A stretch of DNA of 64,000 bases from Octopus sinensis (Eukaryota): assembly GCF_006345805.1 (NCBI RefSeq), contig NC_043018.1, positions 28,458,001 to 28,522,000 on the forward strand, given 5' to 3'. Shown in pieces: positions 12,695 through 27,297 of this stretch. Made by a program: the position numbers and the translations under genes. A model generated the notes under the pieces. The model was not told the DNA's origin, did not search any database, and was given only the letters and a program-made list of their open reading frames with translations. Each line of letters begins with the position of its first letter. Position 1 is the first letter of the stretch.

Positions 12695-13313
12695 CAAACG
12701 TCTAACAATCATAAAAACTTAAAAGGTAAATTTATAAATTTAAAATTAAGGGTACAGGTTAGTACCAACTTTGCTAGAAATAAAATTGGAAAAATTCTCA
12801 AGCTACGATATCACTAAAAATTTAACAGGGTGACGAAATCGAGATGCGTGTAAAGGATAGCCAACATGCCATTGCGAACAAAAAGCGCAAATGAATTTGC
12901 AGAAATACCCATCTCATGTGATTCCAAAAACTGAGGTACACACTAACTTCTCATCAGTGGCTCTTCCTGCCTGGGACTAAACTGATACCGCTCGGCATGC
13001 TTGTTAAAATCGTTGAAATTCTAGCGTTAAATTCAAAAGATAGAAGTGTATAATTATACATAAATAAAGATATTTCGACTCTTATTTCTAGCAATGCTGG
13101 TACTATCCTGTACCCTTAATTATAAACACGCACACACACATATATATACACATGTATATACATACATTCACACACATATATATATATTATATTATATTAT
13201 ATATATACACACACACATTCTCTCTCACTCTTACTCACACACATGTATGTATGTATTAGTATATGACTATGTATATATACTTGAACACAAACTTAGAGAA
13301 GATGAGGGAGGTG

Positions 13314-13351
<38 letters not shown>

Positions 13352-13590
13352 TAGGGAGGTGTGTACATAAAAAAACCAGAAATAATTTGTAGACGCTTTG
13401 TTTTATCGTCTGGGAATTGAGTAATATTGGACAACGGGACTGATACGGAAAAATTAATTAAATTAATTCAGTAAGAAATATTTAACTAGTAAAGAAGTTA
13501 TAGTTTGATTTCCCAAGACAAACCAAGCTAAAAAGTTACGTGGTAACTATATCGATCAACAAAACTGGATTAACATACATACATACATAC

Positions 13591-13621
<31 letters not shown>

Positions 13622-14022
13622 CATACATACATACATACATACATACATACATACATACATACATGCATGTATGCATACATTCACACATGCAAACATACAT
13701 ACATACACCATATACAGATATTATAAATGTATGTGTGTGTTTGCATGCGGGGGATGCGTATGTGCCTTTATTGATATTTCTGTTTTTGTATTGTGAGGCG
13801 ACAAAAAACAATATGGAGTCTCATGGTTTCGATGATTACAGTTTTTACTTTTAATTAATGACGAAGCAACAGGCATGCTAACGACTATTCTGGGCTACTG
13901 TATGTATATATGTATGTATGTATTATGTATGTAAGTATGTATGTATGAATATATATAAACATGCATATATACAAACGTACAGACATACATACAGTATCAC
14001 TGAATAGTCGTTAGCATACTTG

Positions 14023-14088
<66 letters not shown>

Positions 14089-15463
14089 TATATATGTATA
14101 TATATGTATATATATATGTATATATATATAGACAGAGAGAGAACGAGAGAGAGAAGGATAAAGGGAGATAAATGAATTGAGGGAGAGAGGATTACATAGA
14201 TATACAGATAGTTAGATAGGTAGATAGATAGATAGATGGATAGATATGGTGTACGTAAGAATGTATTGGTAAATGTTTCTATTTCCAATCGAAGCAAAAG
14301 TTAATCATTACCGCTTCAATATTTAACTGTATTGTAAACGGAATTTTTCGCAATACTACGTCAATAGATTCTCTGATATAATCTTCTCTTGCAAATATAA
14401 GTTTCATTGCACATTTGCGTATAATGTAAAATATTAATATCTCCTCCTCCTTTAGGGTTACTCATTATATAAGAATTAAAATATCAGTTTATTTTCTTCT
14501 CGCAGCAAGTATTTTCCCCTCTGCTACCACACCCCTCTTCCTTATCTCGATGATTATCTCTACTTGCCGCTTCATCTGAACAATTGACATTTTCACTGAT
14601 TTATTTTATACGTAAGATTTATTTCGTTACCACGTGACGTTCACATCCAGTAGATTGGTTCTAATGTTATCTACATCTCTTCTCTTCCTGATACATCTCT
14701 TCTCTCCTCCTTCTTTCCATCTTATGCTGTGAATATTGCTCTTCCTCTTATCACGTCTCTTGACAACCTTCATCTTTTATGATTTTGTTCTGCTTCATGT
14801 CTCTTTTCAGCCTTTTTGTATTTGCTAGCTCTACTAAAAGAATTGTTTTTGCCAATATTCTCTTCAAGAGGGAATCTGTACTTACTATACAATCTTCATG
14901 TGGCTGAGAAACAGTTCATACCTATGGCATTTTCATTATATCACCTGAAATTATGATTTTGTCGTAACTCTTGCCTTCCTGAAACGAACGTTGAGTCCAG
15001 ATTTTACATAATTTCTTAATATTTTATTTTCTATTTATTGTGCTGTTTATAAGTATATATCCCAAGCATAACATTGTTTATCTGCATGAAGACTTCCGTA
15101 ACAGATCGATTTTAATTTCCCTCATAGCCATTCTTGACGTTGTGGGTTTTGCCTTAGATGAAGATGTTCATTCAAGCACTACAATGCTTTCTATGTGTGT
15201 ATCTAGCCCCCACCTATTTACTGTATACATATATGTATTTATGCATATGTATATATGTGTCCGCTCGTCTGTCTGTCTCTCTGCGTGTGTGTCTGTGTGC
15301 CTGCGAGTTTGTGTTTCTCAATAAATAAATAAATAACAAAATAAATAAATATATATATATATGTGTGTACAAGTGAGTTTGGAGGGATATATTATCTGGG
15401 CCGATACCGTATTAGATCTCAGTTCAGTTCCAGATATTCTTTGTTATATATATATACAGAGAG

Positions 15464-15499
<36 letters not shown>

Positions 15500-15559
15500 T
15501 ATACACACACACACACAACACACACACATATATATTTATATATATATATATATATATAG

Positions 15560-15597
<38 letters not shown>

Positions 15598-16770
15598 TAT
15601 ATATGCTGACTTGTACATCCACAAAATATATTTCATAGATGGATACAGATATCGTTGTGGTTAGCCCTCAACACTCTCGTACCACGTGATCACTGTCAGA
15701 TTAAGGCATTGTGGTTTTTTTACACCAGCCACCGTTCAGGCTTGTCCCGTTCGTCTATCCTTCCGCCCGGTCTGTTAAGATTTTCAATTTTTCCTTTGCC
15801 CAGATTACTACGTTCGTCTGATAGTCAAAAGTATCCCTTTTGTTATTTATTTACGTTGTAATTGTACACTTATTTTACTTTTGTTGTATAGCCGAAAGGC
15901 GTTTGTCCATTGTATATGTATAATTCTTTTTCTGTTGCACTTGCATTATTATCTCATAACGTTACATTCGTCCGATATTCGAAAGACCATTTCTGTTATT
16001 TGTATAAGTAGAATACTTATTTTCCGTTCTATTTTATAGCCGAAAGGCGCTCTGTTGTACGTGTATAATTCTAGCTTTCTCGATACCAATTTCAGTATCC
16101 TCTATAAATGCTTTGTGTCTAGGGAAGGCGACGACAATACTTTGAGCGTTTTGACATGATTACAGACAGAACGACTTTTACAATCCCTTGCAGTCTCCGC
16201 TTTCGCTTCTGGATATCTCTTCCCTCTGACAGTCTGTCTACATCTTTCCACCGTATCTCCTCTCGTATAATTCTTCCTGTTTTCTTTCTCGTGTATCTTT
16301 TCTTTTCTTTTTTCTACTGCTCATCTTCAGCTTCTTACCTCTCTCTTCGCTCCCTTGCCCATGAGTCTATCATTCTATTCATCTTATACAGCTTTGTTTC
16401 CGGCTAATTTTCTAGGTTGGCTCTGACGAAGAGAGCATTAGTTTATCAAGTGCACTCAATTGTTCTCAGCCGATCAATTGATCGACGGAATAAACAGAAC
16501 TATGAACGCACCAATAATGCTTTTCAGAAACAACTGTAAGACGAATTTCACGAATATATACATACATATATTTATGCCATATATGTATGTATGTATGCAT
16601 GTATGTATGTATGTATGTATGTATGTAGGTATGTATGTAGGTATGTATGTAGGTACGTATGTATATATATATTGTTGTGTCTGGGGAGGGTCATTTACAT
16701 TTTGTGCCTTATAATACTTCAACAAACGACCTCACATAAAGAAACTTGCAAACCAAATAAAAAAACGAAA

Positions 16771-16805
<35 letters not shown>

Positions 16806-16806
<1 letters not shown>

Positions 16807-17100
16807 GACCCCCCTTCGGTCATGAATGGCCATGAGATTGCACCTTGACGGTTACCCTCCGAGGGACAAGTCCGTGCAGGGTTGTTTATGGAAGACCAGC
16901 AGCCGCCCATGCATACCAGCCTCCCCTTTCCACGCCACTGATGTGGAAAAGGCAAAGGGGCCGATGCAGCTTGGCATCTGTGACGTCGCAACTCATTTCT
17001 ACACCTGAGTGAACTGAAGCTACGGGAAATAAAGTGTCTTGATCAAGAACACAACACACAGCTCGGTCCGGGAATCGAACTCACAACCTCGTGATCTTTT
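16806..17100 (-). mobile_element. SINE family D (tRNA head plus GC-rich tail)
   Basis: B-box GAGTTCGATTCCC on the minus strand. Colinear second copy at 48675-48995. Confidence 0.8.
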
Positions 17101-17279
17101 ATTTGATTCAATCATTAGACTGACGGCAATGCTGGAGCAATGCCTTGAAAAATTCTTTTTAATCCAATGAATCGACATATTTATGTATAATTACACATGC
17201 AGCGATATGCATGTATGCATGTATGTATGTATGTATGTATATATGTATGTAAGCATGTATGCATGTATATATGTATAGA

Positions 17280-17347
17280 CAGATAGATTCATTGATAGAT
17301 AGATAGATAAACCGATAGATAGTTGGATAGATAGATAGATAGATAGG

Positions 17348-17422
<75 letters not shown>
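17280..17422. repeat. (TAGA)n microsatellite
   Basis: Direct reading. Confidence 0.95.
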
Positions 17423-17689
17423 TTATTATTTACATAAACTGGTTATAAAGTAATGGAATCGAATCCAGAAAAACACTATCAGAAATAGGCCAACTACTTA
17501 ACCGCCACTAGATATAGAATAAAACTTTAAAACAACAAAACGACACACGTTAGTCGCAAGCGATTACTGCAAGTGTTAGAAAGTTGGAGTGAAGAAAACT
17601 TGTGAGTTAGAAACTGTGAACGAGAAAACAAAATGATATTTGAAATCAACCAATGAAAACACTGTAATAGACCAAAGGCCCACACTTAC

Positions 17690-17787
17690 GTATGTATAAA
17701 ACGATTATGACGACCATTAGAAAAACAGAATTCTTCTTTACTGAATATGGCAAGGTCGCGATTGGTGAGTTAAATAAACAATATGTT
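17690..17787 (-). CDS. Speculative 98-bp coding exon (TYCLFNSPIATLPYSVKKNSVFLMVVIIVLYI)
   Basis: TTCTATTTTGTCAACAG acceptor, GTAAGT donor, one open frame with a hydrophobic C-terminal part. No homologue recognised. Confidence 0.28.
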
Positions 17788-17911
17788 CTGTTGACAAAAT
17801 AGAATCTTTTTAACAAGTGTATTAATGCTTACGTATGAGCGTGTGCGTGCGCGTTAGTGTTTGAGTAAGTGAGACAGTGAGTGAGTGAGATTGTGAGTGA
17901 GTGAGATAGAT

Positions 17912-17956
<45 letters not shown>

Positions 17957-18249
17957 GTCAGTGTTTATGCATATGTGAACAAATATATTTCTACACATTC
18001 ATATATGTGCAAAATGTGCCCTTGCTCACGCAATCTTACGTTCACAGACACACACAGACACACACACACACACACACAGACACACACACACACACACACA
18101 TATATATGTGTATATATATATATATATATATACATATGCATATATGTATACATATATATTGCTTAAGATTTCTTCTCATGCAAAATAACCCTCTCCTGCT
18201 TATAGACGATAGCATTCAACGTGCAACAGGGATAGATAAAAATAAATGC

Positions 18250-18495
18250 GTCCTTTTAAATCCTAGCCAGGCTCATGGGCCCGGTTTCCCGGTTTCTATG
18301 GTGTATGTGTTCCCAGCTGGACGGGACGCCAGTCTATCGTGGCGTTAGTCATTTTTGCCAGCTGAGTGGACTGGAGCAATGTAAAATGAAGTGTTTTGCT
18401 CAAGACCACAACGCGTCGCCCGGTCCACGAATCGAAACCAACGTCTTACGATTATGATGCTCACACCCTAACCACTAAGCCACGCGCCTCCACGC
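18250..18495 (-). mobile_element. SINE family C
   Basis: GGAGGCGCGTGGCTTAGTGGTTAGG head, B-box GGTTTCGATTCG, GAAACCGGGAAACCGGGCCC tail. Confidence 0.85.
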
Positions 18496-18519
18496 GAAAG
18501 AGATACCTATAGAATAATT

Positions 18520-19140
18520 TAGGGCTACACGAGAAAGACGGACCAATCAACGGAACAGAATACCACTTTCATTAACACGCAATCCGCATCATCAAAACAA
18601 ATTTGCCAATCATGAAACAAAGTGAAAAACTGAAAAAAACATATTAACTAATCAAACACTTATCTTAAGCAAAATGCAATCACATGACCTAAAGAAACTA
18701 TTAACAATGGCACAATTCAACTTGAACAAACAGGATATATAACATTCACAGTTTTCAAGTGTATTGGTAACACATGTGGAATTTACCAATACATGCATAC
18801 GGGTTGATCCATTAAAACAAAAAATGGAACAGATTTTCGCAAATGCAGATATGAACTGCAAAAGCAGAAGTTTTATCTATCGCATTAAATGCCTGAATTG
18901 CGAGGAACTATATATTGGTGAGATAGGGAATGCATTATAAGACTGCCCAGGAGTTCACGGACAACAAATCCGGAATACTAAATTTCGCCAGATTCCATTG
19001 AGTGAACATATAGATACATGTGGTCAGAAAATGTTTCTAAGTTGTCCTTTCCATAAACTACGTGACACAAGAGAAGTTGGAAGAAAGATAAAAAGGAAAA
19101 CGGTTTATTAAAATGTTCAAACCTGCTCTGAACAGAAATA
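18520..19140 (+). pseudogene. Decayed Penelope-like GIY-YIG region, related to the 258-1511 element
   Basis: MNCKSRSFIYRIKCLNCEELYIGE...HGQQIRN..FRQIPLSEHIDTCG parallels FTCASENIIYVIKC..C..DYVG...HRQQI..YRMIPFSEHIEKC. Confidence 0.8.
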
Positions 19141-19624
19141 ACAAAATTAATATAACTACTAATGATGTGGATTAAAGAATATTTTTAACGTATGAATATA
19201 ACCAAATTACAGAAGACTCGCACCAATTAAAATAAAAACGATCGAATTTGGAAAATATACAAAAACCTAGTTAGCCGTCCACAGTTTCACTATATCAGCT
19301 ACGGTGATCACAATTTTGTGACCTGTAGGCTGGACTTAGATAAGTTCCATAGACAGGGATCCAGCTGCTGGTAACTTAACACGTCACTTTTGGCTCATAT
19401 GGAGTACAGGAGTCGGATTAGACAGTTCGTGATGAGGGCATTGTGTGGTGCCATCATTAACAACAAATGGTGGTATGCCCCCAAAAGATACATAAAATAT
19501 GAGTCTATTAGGTGTAGCGAAGAGTTAGTGGCTAAGAAAAATAGAGTTGAAATGGCTTTAGTTAGGGCCTTAGATGAAGCACTGGAATCTGACTCCACAC
19601 TCCGAGTTTTCACCTAGATAGATT

Positions 19625-19666
<42 letters not shown>

Positions 19667-19902
19667 TAGTTTTAAAATACTGAGAAAAAGACAAGTAAAA
19701 ACAACTCGAGGACTTGGTACATGCAAAATATTAATAAGACGCTCAGAGAAGGGAAGAAAGAGTGGTTGTCTTACGCTTCGAAGAAAGCTCTTCTTTGGAA
19801 ACAGGAGCCATAGGGAAGTCCAAATGAAAAGAGTGAGGAGGAAAAAAATCGCCAACAGTCAACATGAAGTTACATTTTGGAATATATATACACGGTGTGT
19901 GC

Positions 19903-19974
<72 letters not shown>

Positions 19975-20121
19975 TGTATGGTAAGAAGCTTGCCTCCCAA
20001 CCATATGGTTCGGATTCAATCCTACTGCATGGCAAATAGGGCAAGTGCTTACTTCTATAGTCTCGGCTAAGCCGAAGCCTCGTGAATGGATATAATAGAC
20101 GGAAACTGAAAGAAGCGTGTC

Positions 20122-20188
<67 letters not shown>

Positions 20189-20420
20189 AGAGAGAGACAG
20201 CTCTATACATATTCATATTTGCGTCTTTGTTCCTCAACCATCGCTTGACAACCGCTGCTGGTGTCAGTATGTCTCGATAACCTAGCAGTCTGGCAATAGA
20301 GACCCATAAAACAAGTCCTAGGCTTACAAAAAATAAGTCCTGGGGTCGATTTCTTCGACTAAAATCCTTAAAGTCGGTGCTCCAGTATGACCGCAGTCAA
20401 ATGACTGAAACGTGTAAACG
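19975..20420 (+). mobile_element. Full-length SINE family B with expanded internal microsatellite
   Basis: GGTAAGAAGCTTGC head, GGGCAAGTG..CTATAG, GACGGAAACTGAAAGAAGC, (TA)n(GA)n, CR1-like tail. Confidence 0.88.
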
Positions 20421-20486
20421 AATACGTAATAAAAGAAATACAAAAATTTATCTGTGTGTGTTTGCATGTATGCTTGTGTGTATGTA

Positions 20487-20534
<48 letters not shown>

Positions 20535-20607
20535 CATCTACCTATCTATCCATCTACCTATCTATCCATCTACCTACCTACCTATCTATCTATCGATCTA
20601 TCTATCT

Positions 20608-20682
<75 letters not shown>

Positions 20683-21931
20683 GATAGTGGGTCAGGGCAT
20701 TACTTATTGAACGTCCCTCGTATGTATGTATGTATGTATGTATGTATGTATGTATGTATGTATGTATGTATGTATGTATATATCCATGTATGTATGTATT
20801 CCCGTATGAGATCCATTCCTGAATATGTCAAACTCTTTCAAGCGAGATATTTATTAATTTCAAAGGAATATGGCTGCTATTCAATGTCTCGCACAAATAA
20901 AGACAAGAGATTAAAGACAACAAATGTTTTAAGCCTTGTTAAATTTATATAGTTATGTCGACTTATAATCGTATTGGTGAAATCCTTAAGAAATCTTTTA
21001 ACACAGCCTATCGACATACTGAGCGCCAATGCTATCTTTAAACAATCACATCGTTAAACATTTGAAAAGTTTGTTTGTCACTCGATTTGTGGAAGGGAAG
21101 AGTACGTAGAATGCTTGCATTTTACACACGTATCTGAGTAGAGGTATACTTTAAATAATAATGAAGATTTGTGAATTACACACGGAATAGAGAGAAAGGT
21201 AACAGGAAAATTATTACGAATCGACAGAGCTTAGAACAGGGTGGATAGGAGCAAAAGTAAACGAACAGAAGAAGAAATGCGCTCGCGTGTGTGTGTGAGA
21301 GAGAGAGAGACATAGAACAATACATAAGATAGATAGAGAGAGAGAAGAGGGATAGCGCCAAAGGAACTACGAATTAGTCGTTGTTTGGGTATTTGGTATG
21401 TGCTAAAATTGCTTAAAATGCTATCTACTTAGAATGTCCGTCACAGAGGTGAATATTTCATAGCTATCGTGACAGATTCTAATCCGAGAATTATGATGTG
21501 AATTTATCGCACCAAATATTTGTGATTTTCTTTTTGTTGTTCAGATAACAAATGTCAATTTAAAGTGAGAAAAGAAGTGCGTCACAATATTTTGAAATTA
21601 TTTCCAATTATTTCTTCCTGGTTCCAATATTTCTAAATTTCTAAGTCAGGTTTATTTCCATAAATACGTTATTCATAGTATGTCTGCATGCAATAAATAT
21701 ATCGTTCTAAGTCTGAATATACGCGCAAAAACACAGATATAAATACATAATTACACACACCACACACACACACATACATATACACACACAGACACATTCA
21801 CACATATATACATAGATAGATAAATAGATGGACCGATAGATAGATTTTAAATATAAGTATATGCATATATATGTGTGTGTGTATATGTATACATATATGT
21901 GTATACAGATATATATGTATATATATATATA

Positions 21932-21974
<43 letters not shown>

Positions 21975-22037
21975 TATATATATATTCAGGAATGGATTTC
22001 ATATGTAAATGCATACATGCACACATACATACATACA

Positions 22038-22069
<32 letters not shown>

Positions 22070-22127
22070 CTATATGTATATACATGTATATATATATATA
22101 CATATATTATATGTATATATTTATACA

Positions 22128-22158
<31 letters not shown>

Positions 22159-22245
22159 CACCCCACACACACATATATATATATATGTATATATTTATAC
22201 ACACACCACACACCACACACACACACACACCACACACAACCACAC

Positions 22246-22297
<52 letters not shown>

Positions 22298-23229
22298 GTG
22301 TATACAGGGTTTTCGAGATTAAATTGACGATTTTTACGTCTTGCTTTCCAGGAAGATTTTGATGATATGTAAAAAGCTGAGGAGATTAAAATGATTAATT
22401 TGTAGGTGAGAAAAAAGCTAGTTGACATGGAGTACCTGTAGCCATCTAATCATGTTACATGTGTCAATGATTAGCATCAGGTATTAAAATCCTGAGATTA
22501 TGACTGCTGCTCAAAGCTTTGTGAACACGCTCAAAGGTGTAGAACTTGAACGATATGGACAGCGTTAAAAACAATTTCTCTCAAACTTTGATGGTCTTCA
22601 GGTGTGTCCCGAATTACAGTAACGGTGTTTATGCCGAACCGCTAAGTTACGGGGACATATTACACCATTACTGACTGTCAGGCGGTGTTGATAGGTAAAT
22701 ACAGGCCGTTACGCCTCTATTAACGGATTGTTCTCATTTATATTTATGTACGTTTTTAGAAATATACCAGATGATATTATACAAGCCTTAATTGTTTGCT
22801 TTTCACGGAGCCTATTTTATGGAGAGCAGCGTTCCAGTGACTATGAAGACTGTAACTTCACACTCCTCATATCTGTGTTCTATACATTTCCTGAAATTCG
22901 AATAATTCGGTGTGAACCACAGTGATATGCGGCTCTATAAAAACACATCACTCTTGGGAATCACCTGTGACAATATTTGTATATTAAGAATAATGCGTTG
23001 CGTGTCATCAGTGATCCCCCGGATCAGTAACGTGCTAAACTGTGCGTCCCCAAAGTCCATCCCCTCCTCACCGTGGTGGAGACGCTGGCAACGGGTAGTG
23101 TCAGAGCTATGCCGTCGGGAACTTCGGTTCCTGGTAGAGCCACCCAAGGGGGATTGTTCTGACACCGAGTGGTATTAGAGCCACAACCCTGGTGAAAATC
23201 CTCGGAGTGCCTGTTTCGGCAACCGGCGG

Positions 23230-23545
23230 CTCCTCGGTCGTTCTGTCCCTGCGTCTGCGGACAATCTGCGGCAAACAGGATGTCTCTACATGCGGGATTG
23301 TTGGGGACCGCTTGTGAAATCCACATATTCCCACGAAACTTCTTCCATGAATTCTCAATGGCGAATACAATGGAAACATCGGCCTGCGCCGATGGAACCG
23401 TGATTGGCTCGCTATCTCCAGTGAACTAGCGCAGGACCGTCGTGCGTGGGCTGCCATGGTTCGAGATGCCTCGAGGGTGGTAGAAGAAGCCGACTCAACA
23501 CGCCCAGGGTGAATATCTCAACAAGTACAAGTACAAGTAAGTAAA
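23230..23545 (+). mobile_element. RTE-clade LINE 3' end
   Basis: LRTICG and ELAQDRRAWAAMVRDA...STRPG*, followed by a (CAAGTA)n tail. Confidence 0.75.
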
Positions 23546-23574
23546 CTAGAACGGATGAGGATTTCGGATGTGAG

Positions 23575-23838
23575 TCAATATCTTTTATCTTTTATCTCTT
23601 ACTTGTTTCAATCGTTTGAGAGCGGTCATGCTGGGGTGTCACCTTGAAGGTTTTTTTTTAGTCAAACAAATGAACGTGTTTTTGAAACCTAGTATTCATT
23701 CTATCCTTCTCTTAAGCCGAACCGCTAGGTAATGGTAACGTAAACCCACCAGCACCAGTTGTCAAGCGGTGGTGGGGAACAAACATCAACACAAAGATAC
23801 ACACTCATGCACAGACACATGCGTGCACACACATATAC

Positions 23839-23925
<87 letters not shown>

Positions 23926-24075
23926 CGATGGGATTTTTCCAGTTTTCCTCTACCAAATTCGCCCACAAGGCTTTTGACTGTCAGTAGAAGACATATGCAT
24001 AAGATTCAACGCAGTGGGACTGAACCCGGAATTATATGGTTAGGAGCAATCTTTTAAACAGACAGCCACGCCTAC
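23575..24075 (-). mobile_element. Full-length SINE family B with internal (TAGA)n
   Basis: Colinear with 57400-57750. Confidence 0.8.
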
Positions 24076-24759
24076 TTATAAACTTACAAAACAAAGCAAA
24101 CTTCACGCAGTTTTTCCTCTGATACCCTTAAAAAACAAAAAACAAAAAAAACGCATCATTGATATATAAGAGAACTTTCGTATAATTCTTGCATTTTACA
24201 CAGATAGCTGCGACATAATTCTCGTCACCGTATCTCAATATAATGGCTTCGAGATATACCTACAACTGGCTTCAATATCCGCATTAGTTTTTGAAATTCT
24301 TTTCTTTATTTATAAGTTCTGTTCTTTGGCGCATAGATTTCGAACATAAGAATTTGTATTATCGTCGTATAGAAATATTCGCTATATTCTTTATGACATA
24401 AAGAGATATATGGCTTGAGATATATCTTGATCTGTGTCATGAAAATATTAAGATATATGCTATAATCGCACACATGGTACACATATATTTATGTATACGA
24501 GTGTCTGCGTGTTTGTACGTGTGTGCATGGCAACCAAAATATTCATAAAAAATTATATATCTGTGTCAATGTAAATATATATATATATCTTGGAAGTGAG
24601 TATACGTTAATATGTATATAGGCACATTTATGGTATTATGGACATACAGACCTATATATGCAATTGGTGATGAGTGCGTGTGTACATATATAAGTATAAA
24701 TACGTATACATACATACATATATATAGCATAATATACATACATATATATATAATATGTA

Positions 24760-24806
<47 letters not shown>

Positions 24807-25149
24807 TGTGTGTATACACATATTTATATATATCCACATATACATATAGATATCCGTATATATGCATGTATGAGTTTAGACATACACGCACACTAACACC
24901 ACACACACACACATACACACACATACATACACACACAACACACTACACACACCACACACACACACACACCACACACACACACACACCACATAGATATATA
25001 TTATATATTATATATAAATATATTTATATATATATAAATGAGTCAACTAGAAAAGCTCAAGCTTTATACTCTCCAACGCTGCTGTGAGCGCTAACTCATG
25101 TGCATGATGTGGAAAATATTTCATCAGCATTGCTCAGATGATGTTGGCC

Positions 25150-25420
25150 TTGCCTTTAAGATACACCCAAGACTTCGGCCCCGTGCTATTCCCAATACAC
25201 CGTAAATCATACTCGTATTACAGAACAAGAATACGGCACAATTGTTTCACCTCAATTGGCCCCGTTGTCTTTAACATTACGCCAAAACTCATTAAAGCAG
25301 AAACAGACGCGATAAAGTTCAAGAACACTTAGGACAAATTCTTTCAAAAAATCCCGGATGACCCTCCTATACCCGGATATGTCACCATAAACAATAACTC
25401 TCTCCTCGAATTGGCCATGT
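25150..25420 (+). mobile_element. CR1-clade LINE 3' fragment (second subfamily)
   Basis: RTRIRHNCFTSIGPVVFNITPKLIK..FKNT*DKFFQKIPDDPPIPGY....NSL. Confidence 0.8.
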
Positions 25421-25932
25421 TGTCCGATTCCTGATTTGAATGTCTTTGCCGGGTTGTGCTATTAAGTTAGATATGGCGTGGGCCAATACTGACCGAAAAC
25501 CATCAAGGTATCAAAGTATCAAAATAAACACACACACACACACACGGACACAGACACACACATACACACACATATATATATATATCACGCGTGTGATATA
25601 TATATATATCACGCAAACGTATAACTCCTTGTATGTCTAGCAGGTAAAATTCGATGAAAATGGGGATCGCTCTATAGGCAGCACAAACAGCAACTTTACA
25701 CCTGAATTGAGAATCACCCACACACACGTGATTCCTCAGTGTAGCGGTATGGGACACCTTCACAGACTTATATGGCCACAGCTAATATTACCAACCACAG
25801 TGTACAAGGAAACCTAATGAAGTTGGCGCACAAGCTAATTCAATCTATGCTCTATGTATGTATGTATGTATGTATGTATTTATGTATGTATGTATGTATG
25901 TATGTATGTATGTATGTATGTATGTATGTATG

Positions 25933-26432
25933 CAAGGTCGGGTCGTTGGTGACTAAACCGGCAATACCACCAGGCTTGCTTGGTGAGCAGGGTGTTTATT
26001 GGACACCCTGCGGGATAAAAAGCAAAACCCGTCAAAGGGCGGAGGAACTCTTGAGAGTCAACAGCCATCCAATAAATGTCTTAAGGCTGTATCATGCGTG
26101 GGGACATAGAAATAATCGGACTGAATAACCGATAGCGCGGTTAAACCATTGGGAGTGAAGGACTACTAGACTTTGTTAGGGCATCCTTCAAGGAGAAGGT
26201 CACTCAGGTAACTGGGATAACTCCCACATAAAAGCTGCGGCTCAGTGGTTACCGATGATGTTGACTTGTTCTTCTTTTCGGTTTATGGCTGCTGTTGCTT
26301 AGTGAGTGGGATTGGCTCAGTGCACAGCCTTTCCTCACTTTAAAAAAAATGTTCTTGCACAGGCATTGCACGATAACAACATTGATCAAGCTTCGTGTAA
26401 TGGCTATACTCAATAACGAGGGGGCAGCCACT
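25933..26432 (+). mobile_element. ~500-bp repeat family E embedded in (TATG)n
   Basis: Three colinear copies in the window (also 40581-41090 and 45245-45703, both minus). Contains the hairpin CAGGGTGT-ttattgg-ACACCCTG. Confidence 0.85.
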
Positions 26433-27204
26433 ATGTATGTATGTATGTATGTATGTATGTATGTATGTATGTATGTATGTATGTATGTATGTATGCATGT
26501 ATGAATGTATGTATGTATGTATGCATGCATGCATGCATGTATGTATGTATGTATGTATGTATGTATGTATTTAAGTATGACTGATAGATCGATTGAATGA
26601 TTGACTGGTTGATTGATAGATAGTTATCAATCTACAAGTGATAGATATGTATCCATCGACTATAGAGAGTGATAGCAGAGTTAATATTTTACTACCTTAA
26701 TCTGTTCAATACAGCCATTTTGAAACCAAAAATGTTACCTTTGTTATCTCATAAACTTTCGTTCTGCCAACCGCAACCACCCCATAATCGCTTGCTACTA
26801 TGTCGCTCTTCTTAGCCCTAGTCTCATCAAACATCAATTACTCTTATCAGTATAAAGCCAGTAATTTGTTAATTAAATATAGCGAGTTGTAGCCAAACTT
26901 CTATCTTCAAATAGGCGCTAATGATGTAAGTTCCACAAGATTTGTATCATTATCTGAATTCCTTCTTTTTTTCCCCTTTTCGTTATCGTTAAATTAAATT
27001 TTGTGGTGTGAAATATCTAACGTATAGAATTAATCAAATAATTCTTTTGTTTGGTTTCAAACGTGGGATTACACTTTAAATGTATTATACTTTCATTTAA
27101 AAATCTATGATACAGATTAACATAAAAAGAATGCGGTAAAACCTGTAGAGTGTGCTCTTAAATGAACGAAATTGATACAATTATATCCTTGAATTTGTCG
27201 CTAG

Positions 27205-27297
27205 GTGTTGTAACACCAGATGCATTTTGGGTGGATTTATTAGAGTTCATGTTACGGCATGGGTTTGGGCCGTTTGTAGTTGATACCATAGATTCGG
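27205..27297 (+). CDS. Speculative 93-bp phase 1-1 coding exon ([30 protein letters not shown])
   Basis: CTAG acceptor, open frame with protein-like composition, weak GTACTG donor. Confidence 0.25.

Noticed and set aside
16423-16484. Hammerhead starting CUGACGA-a-GAGAGC...GUUCUC
   Set aside because: No GAAA follows stem II and no stem I partner was found.
19768-19799. Minimal hammerhead on the minus strand (CAAAGAAGAGC..UUCGAAGCGUA)
   Set aside because: At least three core positions are wrong. At best it is a relic.
25933-26050. HDV-like ribozyme at the 5' end of repeat family E
   Set aside because: Only a P4-like hairpin is visible. I could not assign P1, P2, P3 or P1.1, and the 5' ends differ between copies.
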